A stretch of 32,000 nt of DNA from Microcystis aeruginosa NIES-843 (GCF_000010625.1 NC_010296.1:5370001-5402000); one strand, 5' to 3'. Shown: positions 10,301-16,808, counted from the stretch's first letter. Numbers and translations: made by a program. The notes: generated from the letters alone by a model not told the origin.

Positions 10301-11268
10301 CGATTCTGAATACCACCACCATTGCTAGAAGAACCAAGTGCCTTATTTCCACTTACAGTTGTGTTGTATAAGTCAAGAACACCTGTCGCATTAACACTAA
10401 TACCTGCGCCGGAAGAAGATATAATTCCCCCGGTTACTACGACATTCTGTAAGCTTAATGCACCTCCACTGAGAACATGAAAAACCCGATCAGAATTTAA
10501 TAATCCTGACGCATCAATAGTAGCTTTTTGTCCATTAAATGCTCCAATATAAAGCACATTATTACGAGACTTAATATCTAAGTCTCCCTTTTTTCCCTCA
10601 TTTTCATTAACGCCATTACTCGTTAGAGTATAGGTTAAGCCTCCTGTTAAATGAATTTCATATTCAGTATTCGGGTTAGCATTAGCAATTAAGATCGCAT
10701 CCCGCAAAGATAATCCATTATCAGCATTGCCATCATTTTGATCGGCGGTCGTATTAACGGTTAAAATAGTTGGTGCAGATTTTTCTACAGGAACATCATT
10801 TCCTGTGATTGTAATATTGGCAAAGTCATTTTCAGTTGTAATTCTTGCTACTTCTTGCGTTGTTAAATCTACTCCACGAACTAATGCTGCGAAATATTCT
10901 CCCTCATCTCCCGCGCTATCCACCTGATTAATTTGAGCATCCACATAATGCCCAATTTCTTCTAAAATTACATTAATTATCGTTGCTGACGAGGCCGTAT
11001 TCAAAAAAGATGCTGATAGATAAATCTTATTCTTACTGCTGGAATATGCACCATTCGCAGTCCCCAAAACCTCATCACTGAGTACCTCAATTGGGGGAAG
11101 TTGACTAAAATTTCGACTTTGCCACTGTTGTCGTAATTGCGTCGCCTTAACCACATCATAACTTGTCCCAAAAGCGGTTTCTAAATTCACCCAAAAGCCA
11201 TCAGATTGAGCGAAATTGAACAAAACATCGTCAACAGCAGGAAGAATCGGCAACAGGGTAGAAGTCAT
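7312..11268 (-). CDS. giant secreted RTX-type protein: N-terminal conserved leader domain, parallel beta-helix, Calx-beta-like domains, five 81-aa Ca-binding repeat modules, T1SS-type C-terminus
   Basis: 1318 aa. It has a CSLREA-like LSLRDAILIANANP followed by many xNTTVSGN/GGGI beta-helix turns. Calx-beta-like segments: TATVTVDPTADTTVENNETVALTL, TATITIPILNDNLNEANETFAINL. GGxGxD nonapeptides: GGLGNDTY, GGTGNDTITGGAGGDRFTF. There is no N-terminal signal peptide. Confidence 0.85.
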   Translation of the reverse strand: MTSTLLPILPAVDDVLFNFAQSDGFWVNLETAFGTSYDVVKATQLRQQWQSRNFSQLPPIEVLSDEVLGTANGAYSSSKNKIYLSASFLNTASSATIINVILEEIGHYVDAQINQVDSAGDEGEYFAALVRGVDLTTQEVARITTENDFANITITGNDVPVEKSAPTILTVNTTADQNDGNADNGLSLRDAILIANANPNTEYEIHLTGGLTYTLTSNGVNENEGKKGDLDIKSRNNVLYIGAFNGQKATIDASGLLNSDRVFHVLSGGALSLQNVVVTGGIISSSGAGISVNATGVLDLYNTTVSGNKALGSSSNGGGIQNRGFVYLRQGSVVSNNIASGSSFQEGGGVDNSGGTLIAINSTINNNQGGVYGGGISSVAGSLTLINTTVSGNSAGNGGGITNNGTSMALINTTVSGNNASYAGGGIYSSGDTFNLINSTITNNTVVDTQFVGRRGGGGIYSLGTTFFLKNTIVAGNIDNTTNGFDLLSSGLSGAIFNGNNYNLIGDLTGAKGTIGTGTDIVNSNPGLAPLANYGGLTLTHALLAGSPAINAGNNSLILVDSEDIDGDGDTTEQIPFDQRGTGFNRIFGGTVDIGAFEEQGTIVVISLAVSPASVNEDGTTNLVYTFTRSGVTTNSLTVNYTLGGTATLNTDYTRTGTTNTVTFAANSSTATVTVDPTADTTVENNETVALTLASGTGYTVGTATAVTGTITNDDFSKLSINNITVVEGKDNNAILTVTVDNPNSQPITFNYTTAPINATANVDYTSKTGTITIAPNTSTATITIPILNDNLNEANETFAINLSNPINATLTNNKGIVTISDTLTANVTTTLPANVENLTLTGTTNINGTGNAANNIITGNSGNNILNGGTGIDTLIGGLGNDTYQVDTTTDTITENANQGTDTVQSSVTYTLGNNLENLTLTGTANINGTGNTLNNIITGNSGNNILNGATGIDTLIGGLGNDTYQVDTTTDTITENANQGTDTVQSSVTYTLGNNLENLTLTGTANINGTGNTLNNIITGNSGNNILNGATGIDTLIGGLGNDTYQVDTTTDTITENANQGTDTVQSSVTYTLGNNLENLTLTGTANINGTGNTLNNIITGNSGNNILNGATGIDTLIGGLGNDTYQVDTTTDTITENANQGTDTVQSSVTYTLGNNLENLTLTGTANINGTGNTLNNIITGNSGKNTLTGSAGNDTLIGGTGNDTITGGAGGDRFTFKNPNQGIDTITDFLSSQGDKITVSAAGFGGGLAAGVAITAAQFVLGTTALNASNRFIYNTITGGLFFDGDGTGTLAAIQIATLSSKPTLTASNILVLV
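7716..8770 (-). repeat. 243-bp (81-codon) tandem repeat inside the giant gene: about 4 near-perfect copies plus diverged edge copies
   Basis: The GTAACTGATGATTGAACAG... unit starts at 7811, 8054, 8297 and 8540 (period exactly 243). The inner copies are identical by eye. Confidence 0.9.
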
Positions 11269-11298
11269 GACGTTAACTGCAACAGTTTATTGCTAACA

Positions 11299-11328
11299 AT
11301 TTTAGCCTAACAAGTGCAAATTTTTCAA
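11299..11328 (-). promoter_or_regulatory. sigma70-like promoter of the giant gene (TTGAAA - 18 nt - TAAAAT)
   Basis: On the minus strand, -35 is at 11328-11323 and -10 at 11304-11299, about 30 nt upstream of the ATG at 11268. The same architecture is conserved in four other copies. Confidence 0.45.
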
Positions 11329-11360
11329 GGGTGCTGTAACAGAAATTAATATTGATTACA

Positions 11361-11393
11361 AGAAAACGGGTTTCTTTAAGAAACCCGTTTTCT
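11361..11393 (-). terminator. 33-nt perfect hairpin (AGAAAACGGGTTTCTT T AAGAAACCCGTTTTCT), followed by an extra copy of the right arm (11394-11409)
   Basis: The 16-bp arms are exactly complementary. It lies immediately 3' of the Rpn-like A1 stop codon, and the U-rich 3' arm fits an intrinsic terminator. Confidence 0.55.
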
Positions 11394-11407
11394 AAGAAAC
11401 CCGTTTT

Positions 11408-12367
11408 CTAGATATTGATTTTTGCCAAAGACTGCTTAAATTCTGCGAGAGAATTAGCGGTAGCTGCTAATTTTAGTAGCTCTTCTAAGATAGTAGGGTT
11501 AGTCATTTTGCCGATTATCTCTTCAATTTCTGAAGAAATCTGTCCAAACCGCACAGTTAAAACTGTTTTTATGTCATCACGGCTTTTTTCTAGCACCCCA
11601 ATTTCTTTACCGCGTTCGATTCCTCGTAACTCCATATTACTCATTAAAGGCATGGTTTTTTCCTCCTCAAATTGTTTAATTTTACTCTCTAAGCTTGACT
11701 GCAATTCAGGGGATAAAGTCATCATATTGTCGATGATTTCAAACAGTTTAATTATCTGTTCCCTCTCGAACTCCTTTTCATATAATCCCCTGATTAACTT
11801 CCACTTCCACTGTTCCCGTTGTGGCAGCTTCCCAGTAGTCGCTTTTGTTTTCAGGTGTGCCATGACTATCATAGCAAAAGGATTGCTACTTGCTTCTAGT
11901 TCTGTCCATCTTTCCTCATAGTCCAGTAATTTAACCGTTGGGAATTTGAGGCTGACTTCACAACCGGCGATAGTATAATTATAGGAATCTGGTCGCCAAT
12001 TTACTCGTTCATCTCCTAATATAGCGAGACTGATAACCGGTTTCTGATACAAATCAAAGGCCCGATAGTTATAAATATACATCCTCTGAGGAAAATTTTC
12101 TTCGTATTGACTTTGAATTTCAATATGAATCAAAATCCAGACTTCTTCACCCCTGAGTAACCAAACTTTATAGAGTTTGTCAGCGAAACGTTTTTTGGTC
12201 TTTGCTGAAGCGGTAATCCGTTTGAGTTCTTTTTCTAGGGATTCGGGAATTTTTGTCCAATCAATTAATTGGTGAACTTCAGGAAAAAAGAAGTATAAAA
12301 ACGCTTCAAAATACTCGCTTAATGCTTCTTTCCAGGGTTCATCATAATTGGCGGTTGTTGGGTTCAT
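11408..12367 (-). CDS. YhgA/Rpn-like PD-(D/E)XK nuclease ('recombination-promoting nuclease/putative transposase') with DUF4351-type C-terminal tail, family A copy 1
   Basis: 319 aa. N-terminus YDEPWKEALSEYFEAF. Core: ADKLYKV...WILIHIEIQ...FPQRMYIYNY (a D...E.Q nuclease-like motif). Helical tail: TVLTVRFGQISSEIEEIIGKM...LAEFKQSL. It has one RGIERGKEIG hinge unit. Confidence 0.65.
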   Translation of the reverse strand: MNPTTANYDEPWKEALSEYFEAFLYFFFPEVHQLIDWTKIPESLEKELKRITASAKTKKRFADKLYKVWLLRGEEVWILIHIEIQSQYEENFPQRMYIYNYRAFDLYQKPVISLAILGDERVNWRPDSYNYTIAGCEVSLKFPTVKLLDYEERWTELEASSNPFAMIVMAHLKTKATTGKLPQREQWKWKLIRGLYEKEFEREQIIKLFEIIDNMMTLSPELQSSLESKIKQFEEEKTMPLMSNMELRGIERGKEIGVLEKSRDDIKTVLTVRFGQISSEIEEIIGKMTNPTILEELLKLAATANSLAEFKQSLAKINI

Positions 12368-12711
12368 TTGAGTTGTTTGCTTACTCGTAGGCTGTGAAGC
12401 GCGATAGCGTAACGCACCGATTTAATAATAGAGGTGGTGGTGGTAATCTGGGGATTTTGTGGTAAAAAAGCGGATATTTGTTCGATTCCGTCTTGATTGG
12501 GAGAGAGAATAACCGTGGCGACTTCTGGAATTACTCCAGCTTGGAGACTTTGATAATCGCTAACACCAGCATCGAGGAAAACTACGGTAGCGGTTAAACG
12601 CTGATTTCTCACACTATCCACCCGATTAGCTTGACTCAAGCCATCAGATTGAGCAAAATTGAACAAAACATCGTCAACAGCAGGAAAGCTCGGCAACAGG
12701 GTAGAAGTCAT
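12364..12711 (-). pseudogene. 5' fragment of a DUF4347-domain giant-protein gene (leader + truncated domain), reading into the Rpn-like A1 start
   Basis: MTSTLLPSFPAVDDVLFNFAQSDG matches the giant-gene start. It is followed by TATVVFLDAGVSDYQSLQAGVIPEVATVILSPNQDGIEQISAFL...QITT, which looks like a DUF4347 N-terminal half. The rest of such a gene is absent. Its stop overlaps the A1 ATG (ATGA). Confidence 0.7.
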
Positions 12712-12740
12712 GACGTTAACTGCAAAGGATTAATGCGACT

Positions 12741-12770
12741 ATTTTATGCAAACAATCGCCAATTTTTCAA
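12741..12770 (-). promoter_or_regulatory. sigma70-like promoter copy (TTGAAA - 18 nt - TAAAAT) in front of the leader fragment
   Basis: Same hexamers and spacing as at 11299-11328. Confidence 0.4.
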
Positions 12771-12799
12771 GGGGGATATAACAAAAATTAACATTATAC

Positions 12800-12832
12800 A
12801 GAAAACGGGTTTCTTTAAGAAACCCGTTTTCT
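12800..12832 (-). terminator. 33-nt perfect hairpin plus duplicated right arm (unit boundary)
   Basis: Identical to the hairpin at 11361-11393 and directly 3' of the A2 stop. Confidence 0.55.
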
Positions 12833-12846
12833 AAGAAACCCGTTTT

Positions 12847-13878
12847 CTAGATATTGATTTTAGCCAAAGACTGCTTAAATTCTGCGAGAGAATTAGCGGT
12901 AGCTGCTAATTTAACAATCCCTTGTAATGTAGATAGTACCGAAACTTTATTCAGGTATTGTTCCACATCTAAAGGAACTTCACCTAAGCGAGCTTGCAAA
13001 ACTGTTTTGACAAAATCACGAGCATTTTCTAACGCTCCGATTTCCTTGCCTATTTCTTTACCGCGTTCTATCCCTCGTAACTCCCCAATTTCCTTGCCAA
13101 TTTCCTTACCGATTTCCTTACCGCGTTCTATTCCTCGTAACTCCATATTACTCATTAAAGGCATCGTTCTTTCCTCCTCAAATTGTTTGATTTTACTCTC
13201 TAAACTTGACTGCAATTCAGGGGATAAAGTCATCATATTGTCGATGATTTCAAACAGTTTAATTATCTGTTCTCTCTCGAACTCCTTTTCATATAATCCC
13301 CTGATTAACTTCCACTTCCACTGTTCCCGTTGTGGCAGCTTCCCAGTAGTTGCTTTTGTTTTCAGGTGTGCCATGACTATTATAGCAAAGGGATTGCTAC
13401 TTGCTTCTAGTTCTGACCATCTTTCCTCATAGTCCAGTAATTTAACCGTTGGGAATTTGAGGCTGACTTCACAACCAGCGATAGTATAATTATAGGAATC
13501 TGGTCGCCAATTTACTCGTTCATCTCCTAATATAGCGAGACTGATAACTGGTTTCTGATACAAATCAAAGGCCCGATAGTTATAAATATACATCCTCTGA
13601 GGGAAATTTTCTTCGTATTGACTTTGAATTTCAATATGAATCAAAATCCAGACTTCTTCACCCCTGAGTAACCAAACTTTATAGAGTTTGTCAGCGAAAC
13701 GTTTTTTTGTCTTTGCTGAAGCGGTAATCCGTTTAAGTTCTTTTTCTAGGGATTCGGGAATTTTTGTCCAATCAATTAGTTGGTGAACTTCAGGAAAGAA
13801 GAAGCATAAAAACGCTTCAAAATACTCGCTTAATGCTTCTTTCCAGGGTTCATCATAATTGGCGGTTGTTGGGTTCAT
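12847..13878 (-). CDS. YhgA/Rpn-like nuclease with DUF4351-type tail, family A copy 2 (variant C-terminal cassette)
   Basis: 343 aa. It is near-identical to A1 and A3 except for hinge repeat number and a replaced ~39-codon block (FVKTVLQARLGEVPLDVEQYLNKVSVLSTLQGIV). Confidence 0.65.
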   Translation of the reverse strand: MNPTTANYDEPWKEALSEYFEAFLCFFFPEVHQLIDWTKIPESLEKELKRITASAKTKKRFADKLYKVWLLRGEEVWILIHIEIQSQYEENFPQRMYIYNYRAFDLYQKPVISLAILGDERVNWRPDSYNYTIAGCEVSLKFPTVKLLDYEERWSELEASSNPFAIIVMAHLKTKATTGKLPQREQWKWKLIRGLYEKEFEREQIIKLFEIIDNMMTLSPELQSSLESKIKQFEEERTMPLMSNMELRGIERGKEIGKEIGKEIGELRGIERGKEIGKEIGALENARDFVKTVLQARLGEVPLDVEQYLNKVSVLSTLQGIVKLAATANSLAEFKQSLAKINI

Positions 13879-14222
13879 TTGAGTTGTTTGCTTACTCGTA
13901 GGCTGTGAAGCGCGATAGCGTAACGCACCGATTTAATAATAGAGGTGGTGGTGGTAATCTGGGGATTTTGTGGTAAAAAAGCGGATATTTGTTCGATTCC
14001 GTCTTGATTGGGAGAGAGAATAACCGTGGCGACTTCTGGAATTACTCCAGCTTGGAGACTTTGATAATCGCTAACACCAGCATCGAGGAAAACTACGGTA
14101 GCGGTTAAACGCTGATTTCTCACACTATCCACCCGATTAGCTTGACTCAAGCCATCAGATTGAGCAAAATTGAACAAAACATCGTCAACAGCAGGAAAGC
14201 TCGGCAACAGGGTAGAAGTCAT
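13875..14222 (-). pseudogene. 5' fragment of a DUF4347-domain giant-protein gene (second copy)
   Basis: Protein identical to the 12364-12711 fragment, with the same ATGA overlap with the A2 start. Confidence 0.7.
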
Positions 14223-14251
14223 GACGTTAACTGCAAAGGATTAATGCGACT

Positions 14252-14281
14252 ATTTTATGCAAACAATCGCCAATTTTTCAA
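14252..14281 (-). promoter_or_regulatory. sigma70-like promoter copy (TTGAAA - 18 nt - TAAAAT)
   Basis: Same hexamers and spacing as at 11299-11328. Confidence 0.4.
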
Positions 14282-14310
14282 GGGGGATATAACAAAAATT
14301 AACATTATAC

Positions 14311-14343
14311 AGAAAACGGGTTTCTTTAAGAAACCCGTTTTCT
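14311..14343 (-). terminator. 33-nt perfect hairpin plus duplicated right arm (unit boundary)
   Basis: Identical to the hairpin at 11361-11393 and directly 3' of the A3 stop. Confidence 0.55.
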
Positions 14344-14357
14344 AAGAAACCCGTTTT

Positions 14358-15401
14358 CTAGATATTGATTTTAGCCAAAGACTGCTTAAATTCTGCGAGA
14401 GAATTAGCGGTAGCTGCTAATTTTAGTAGCTCTTCTAAGATAGTAGGGTTAGTCATTTTGCCGATTATCTCTTCAATTTCTGAAGAAATCTGTCCAAACC
14501 GCACAGTTAAAACTGTTTTTATGGCATCGCGGCTTTTTTGTAACGCGCCAATTTCTTTACCAATTTCCTTACCTATTTCTTTACCGCGTTCTATCCCTCG
14601 TAACTCCCCAATTTCCTTGCCAATTTCCTTACCGATTTCCTTACCGCGTTCTATTCCTCGTAACTCCATATTACTCATTAAAGGCATCGTTCTTTCCTCC
14701 TCAAATTGTTTGATTTTACTCTCTAAACTTGACTGCAATTCAGGGGATAAAGTCATCATATTGTCGATGATTTCAAACAGTTTAATTATCTGTTCCCTCT
14801 CGAACTCCTTTTCATATAATCCCCTGATTAACTTCCACTTCCACTGTTCCCGTTGTGGCAGCTTCCCAGTAGTCGCTTTTGTTTTCAGGTGTGCCATGAC
14901 TATTATAGCAAAGGGATTGCTACTTGCTTCTAGTTCTGACCAGCTTTCCTCATAGTCCAGTAATTTAACCGTTGGGAATTTGAGGCTGACTTCACAACCG
15001 GCGATAGTATAATTATAGGAATCTGGTCGCCAATTTACTCGTTCATCTCCTAATATAGCGAGACTGATAACCGGTTTCTGATACAAATCAAAGGCCCGAT
15101 AGTTATAAATATACATCCTCTGAGGAAAATTTTCTTCGTATTGACTTTGAATTTCAATATGAATCAAAATCCAGACTTCTTCACCCCTGAGTAACCAAAC
15201 TTTATAGAGTTTGTCAGCGAAACGTTTTTTGGTCTTTGCTGAAGCGGTAATCCGTTTGAGTTCTTTTTCTAGGGATTCGGGAATTTTTGTCCAATCAATT
15301 AATTGGTGAACTTCAGGAAAAAAGAAGTATAAAAACGCTTCAAAATACTCGCTTAATGCTTCTTTCCAGGGTTCATCATAATTGGCGGTTGTTGGGTTCA
15401 T
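14358..15401 (-). CDS. YhgA/Rpn-like nuclease with DUF4351-type tail, family A copy 3
   Basis: 347 aa. It has the longest hinge, (GKEI)3-GELRGIER-(GKEI)3, and an A1-type C-terminal tail. Confidence 0.65.
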   Translation of the reverse strand: MNPTTANYDEPWKEALSEYFEAFLYFFFPEVHQLIDWTKIPESLEKELKRITASAKTKKRFADKLYKVWLLRGEEVWILIHIEIQSQYEENFPQRMYIYNYRAFDLYQKPVISLAILGDERVNWRPDSYNYTIAGCEVSLKFPTVKLLDYEESWSELEASSNPFAIIVMAHLKTKATTGKLPQREQWKWKLIRGLYEKEFEREQIIKLFEIIDNMMTLSPELQSSLESKIKQFEEERTMPLMSNMELRGIERGKEIGKEIGKEIGELRGIERGKEIGKEIGKEIGALQKSRDAIKTVLTVRFGQISSEIEEIIGKMTNPTILEELLKLAATANSLAEFKQSLAKINI

Positions 15402-15455
15402 TTGAGTTGTTTGCTTACTCGTAGGCTGTGAAACGCGATAGCGTAACGCACCGAT

Positions 15456-15746
15456 TTAATAATAGAGGTGAATGGTGGTAATCTGGGGATTTTGTGGTAA
15501 AAAAGCGGATATTTGTTCGATTCCGTCTTGATTGGGAGTGAGAATAACGGTGGCGACTTCTGGAATTACTCCAGCTTGGAGACTTTGATAATCGCTAACA
15601 CCAGCATCGAGGAAAACTACGGTAGCGGTTAAACGCTGATTTCTCACACTATCCACCCGATTAGCTTGACTCAAGCCATCAGATTGAGCAAAATTGAACA
15701 AAACATCGTCAACAGCAGGAAAGCTCGGCAACAGGATAGAAGTCAT
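15456..15746 (-). pseudogene. 5' fragment of a DUF4347-domain giant-protein gene (third copy, ends ...QITTIHLYY-stop)
   Basis: Same sequence as the other two fragments, but it has 1 nt more in the GGT run. It therefore keeps the family-like ...TTIHL frame and stops 55 nt before the A3 ATG. Confidence 0.7.
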
Positions 15747-15775
15747 GACGTTAACTGCAAAGGATTAATGCGACT

Positions 15776-15805
15776 ATTTTATGCAAACAATCGCCAATTT
15801 TTCAA
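15776..15805 (-). promoter_or_regulatory. sigma70-like promoter copy (TTGAAA - 18 nt - TAAAAT)
   Basis: Same hexamers and spacing as at 11299-11328. Confidence 0.4.
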
Positions 15806-15834
15806 GGGGGATATAACAAAAATTAACATTATAC

Positions 15835-15867
15835 AGAAAACGGGTTTCTTTAAGAAACCCGTTTTCT
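15835..15867 (-). terminator. 33-nt perfect hairpin plus duplicated right arm (unit boundary)
   Basis: Identical to the hairpin at 11361-11393 and directly 3' of the A4 remnant stop. Confidence 0.55.
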
Positions 15868-15881
15868 AAGAAACCCGTTTT

Positions 15882-16670
15882 CTAGATATTGATTTTTGCC
15901 AAAGACTGCTTAAATTCTGCGAGAGAATTAGCGGTAGCTGCTAATTTTAGTAGCTCTTCTAAGATAGTAGGGTTAGTCATTTTGCCGATTATCTCTTCAA
16001 TTTCTGAAGAAATCTGTCCAAACCGCACAGTTAAAACTGTTTTTATGGCATCGCGGCTTTTTTGTAACGCGCCAATTTCTTTACCAATTTCCTTACCTAT
16101 TTCTTTACCGCGTTCTATTCCTCGTAACTCCCCAATTTCCTCACCAATTTTCCTTCCTCGTAACTCCATATTACTTACTAAAGGCATGGTTCTTTCCTCC
16201 TCAAATTGTTTGATTTTACTCTCTAAGCTTGACTGCAATTCAGGGGATAAAGTCATCATATTGTCGATGATTTCAAACAGTTTAATTATCTGTTCCCTCT
16301 CGAACTCCTTTTCATATAATCCCCTGATTAACTTCCACTTCCACTGTTCCCGTTGTGGCAGCTTCCCAGTAGTCGCTTTTGTTTTCAGGTGTGCCATGAC
16401 TATTATAGCAAAAGGATTGCTGCTTGCTTCCAATTAGTCACTGATAACTGATAACTGATAACTGATAACTGAATAGAGTTTGTCAGCGAAACGTTTTTTT
16501 GTCTTTGCTGAAGCGGTAATCCGTTTAAGTTCTTTTTCTAGGGATTCGGGAATTTTTGTCCAATCAATTAGTTGGTGAACTTCAGGAAAGAAGAAGCATA
16601 AAAACGCTTCAAAATACTCGCTTAATGCTTCTTTCCAGGGTTCATCATAATTGGCGGTTTGTGATGTCAT
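15882..16670 (-). pseudogene. family A Rpn-like gene copy 4 with an internal ~280-bp deletion replaced by heptamer repeats
   Basis: The N-terminal 66 codons (16473-16670) and the C-terminal ~180 codons (15882-16430) align to A2 and A3. The nuclease core (LIHIEIQ...) is missing. The filler is CAATTAGTCA(CTGATAA)4CTGAA. Confidence 0.8.
16441..16473. repeat. (CTGATAA)4 heptamer microsatellite at the A4 deletion junction
   Basis: Four exact CTGATAA units plus CTGAA. A related array lies at 18979-19005. Confidence 0.9.
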
Positions 16671-16775
16671 GTTTTAGGTTGTAACTCTATTGTATAATCT
16701 CATCCGAGATGTCAGTACAAGGGGGATGCTTCCCGCGTTAACCCTTCTCTTTCAATCAAAACTCACTTGAAGTCC

Positions 16776-16808
16776 AGAAAACGGGTTTCTTAAAGAAACC
16801 CGTTTTCT
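16776..16808 (-). terminator. 33-nt hairpin variant (AGAAAACGGGTTTCTT A AAGAAACCCGTTTTCT) between family B copy 1 and A4
   Basis: Same arms as the unit-boundary hairpin. It lies about 55 nt 3' of the B1 stop. Confidence 0.5.

Larger units (their letters stand above)
11361..16808 (-). repeat. macro tandem repeat: three complete ~1.44-1.52 kb units plus one rearranged unit of [hairpin, promoter, leader/DUF4347 fragment, Rpn-like A gene]
   Basis: Unit-boundary hairpins start at 11361, 12800, 14311 and 15835. The sequence between them is collinear and near-identical by eye. Confidence 0.9.

Noticed and set aside
10948-10962. An EEIGH motif in the N-terminal domain of the giant protein, considered as an HExxH zinc-metalloprotease site
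   Set aside because: The first histidine is Glu (ILEEIGHYVD), so the canonical HExxH is not present. An active metzincin call is not supported. It may be a degenerate or non-catalytic relative.
11361-15867. Regularly spaced identical palindromic repeats, considered as a CRISPR array or as integron attC sites
   Set aside because: The spacing is about 1.5 kb, not 25-40 bp. The 'spacers' are the same gene unit each time. No cas or integrase gene is present. The pattern is fully explained by tandem duplication.
11415-16437. Long plus-strand ORFs (168-196 aa) antisense to each family A Rpn-like gene (11415-11921, 12854-13432, 14365-14955, 15889-16437)
   Set aside because: Their proteins are low-complexity (runs of S, I, L, and PISLPISLP from the antisense of the GKEI repeat) with no recognisable motifs. 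Their apparent conservation is only because the DNA unit is repeated. The minus-strand genes have clear family features.
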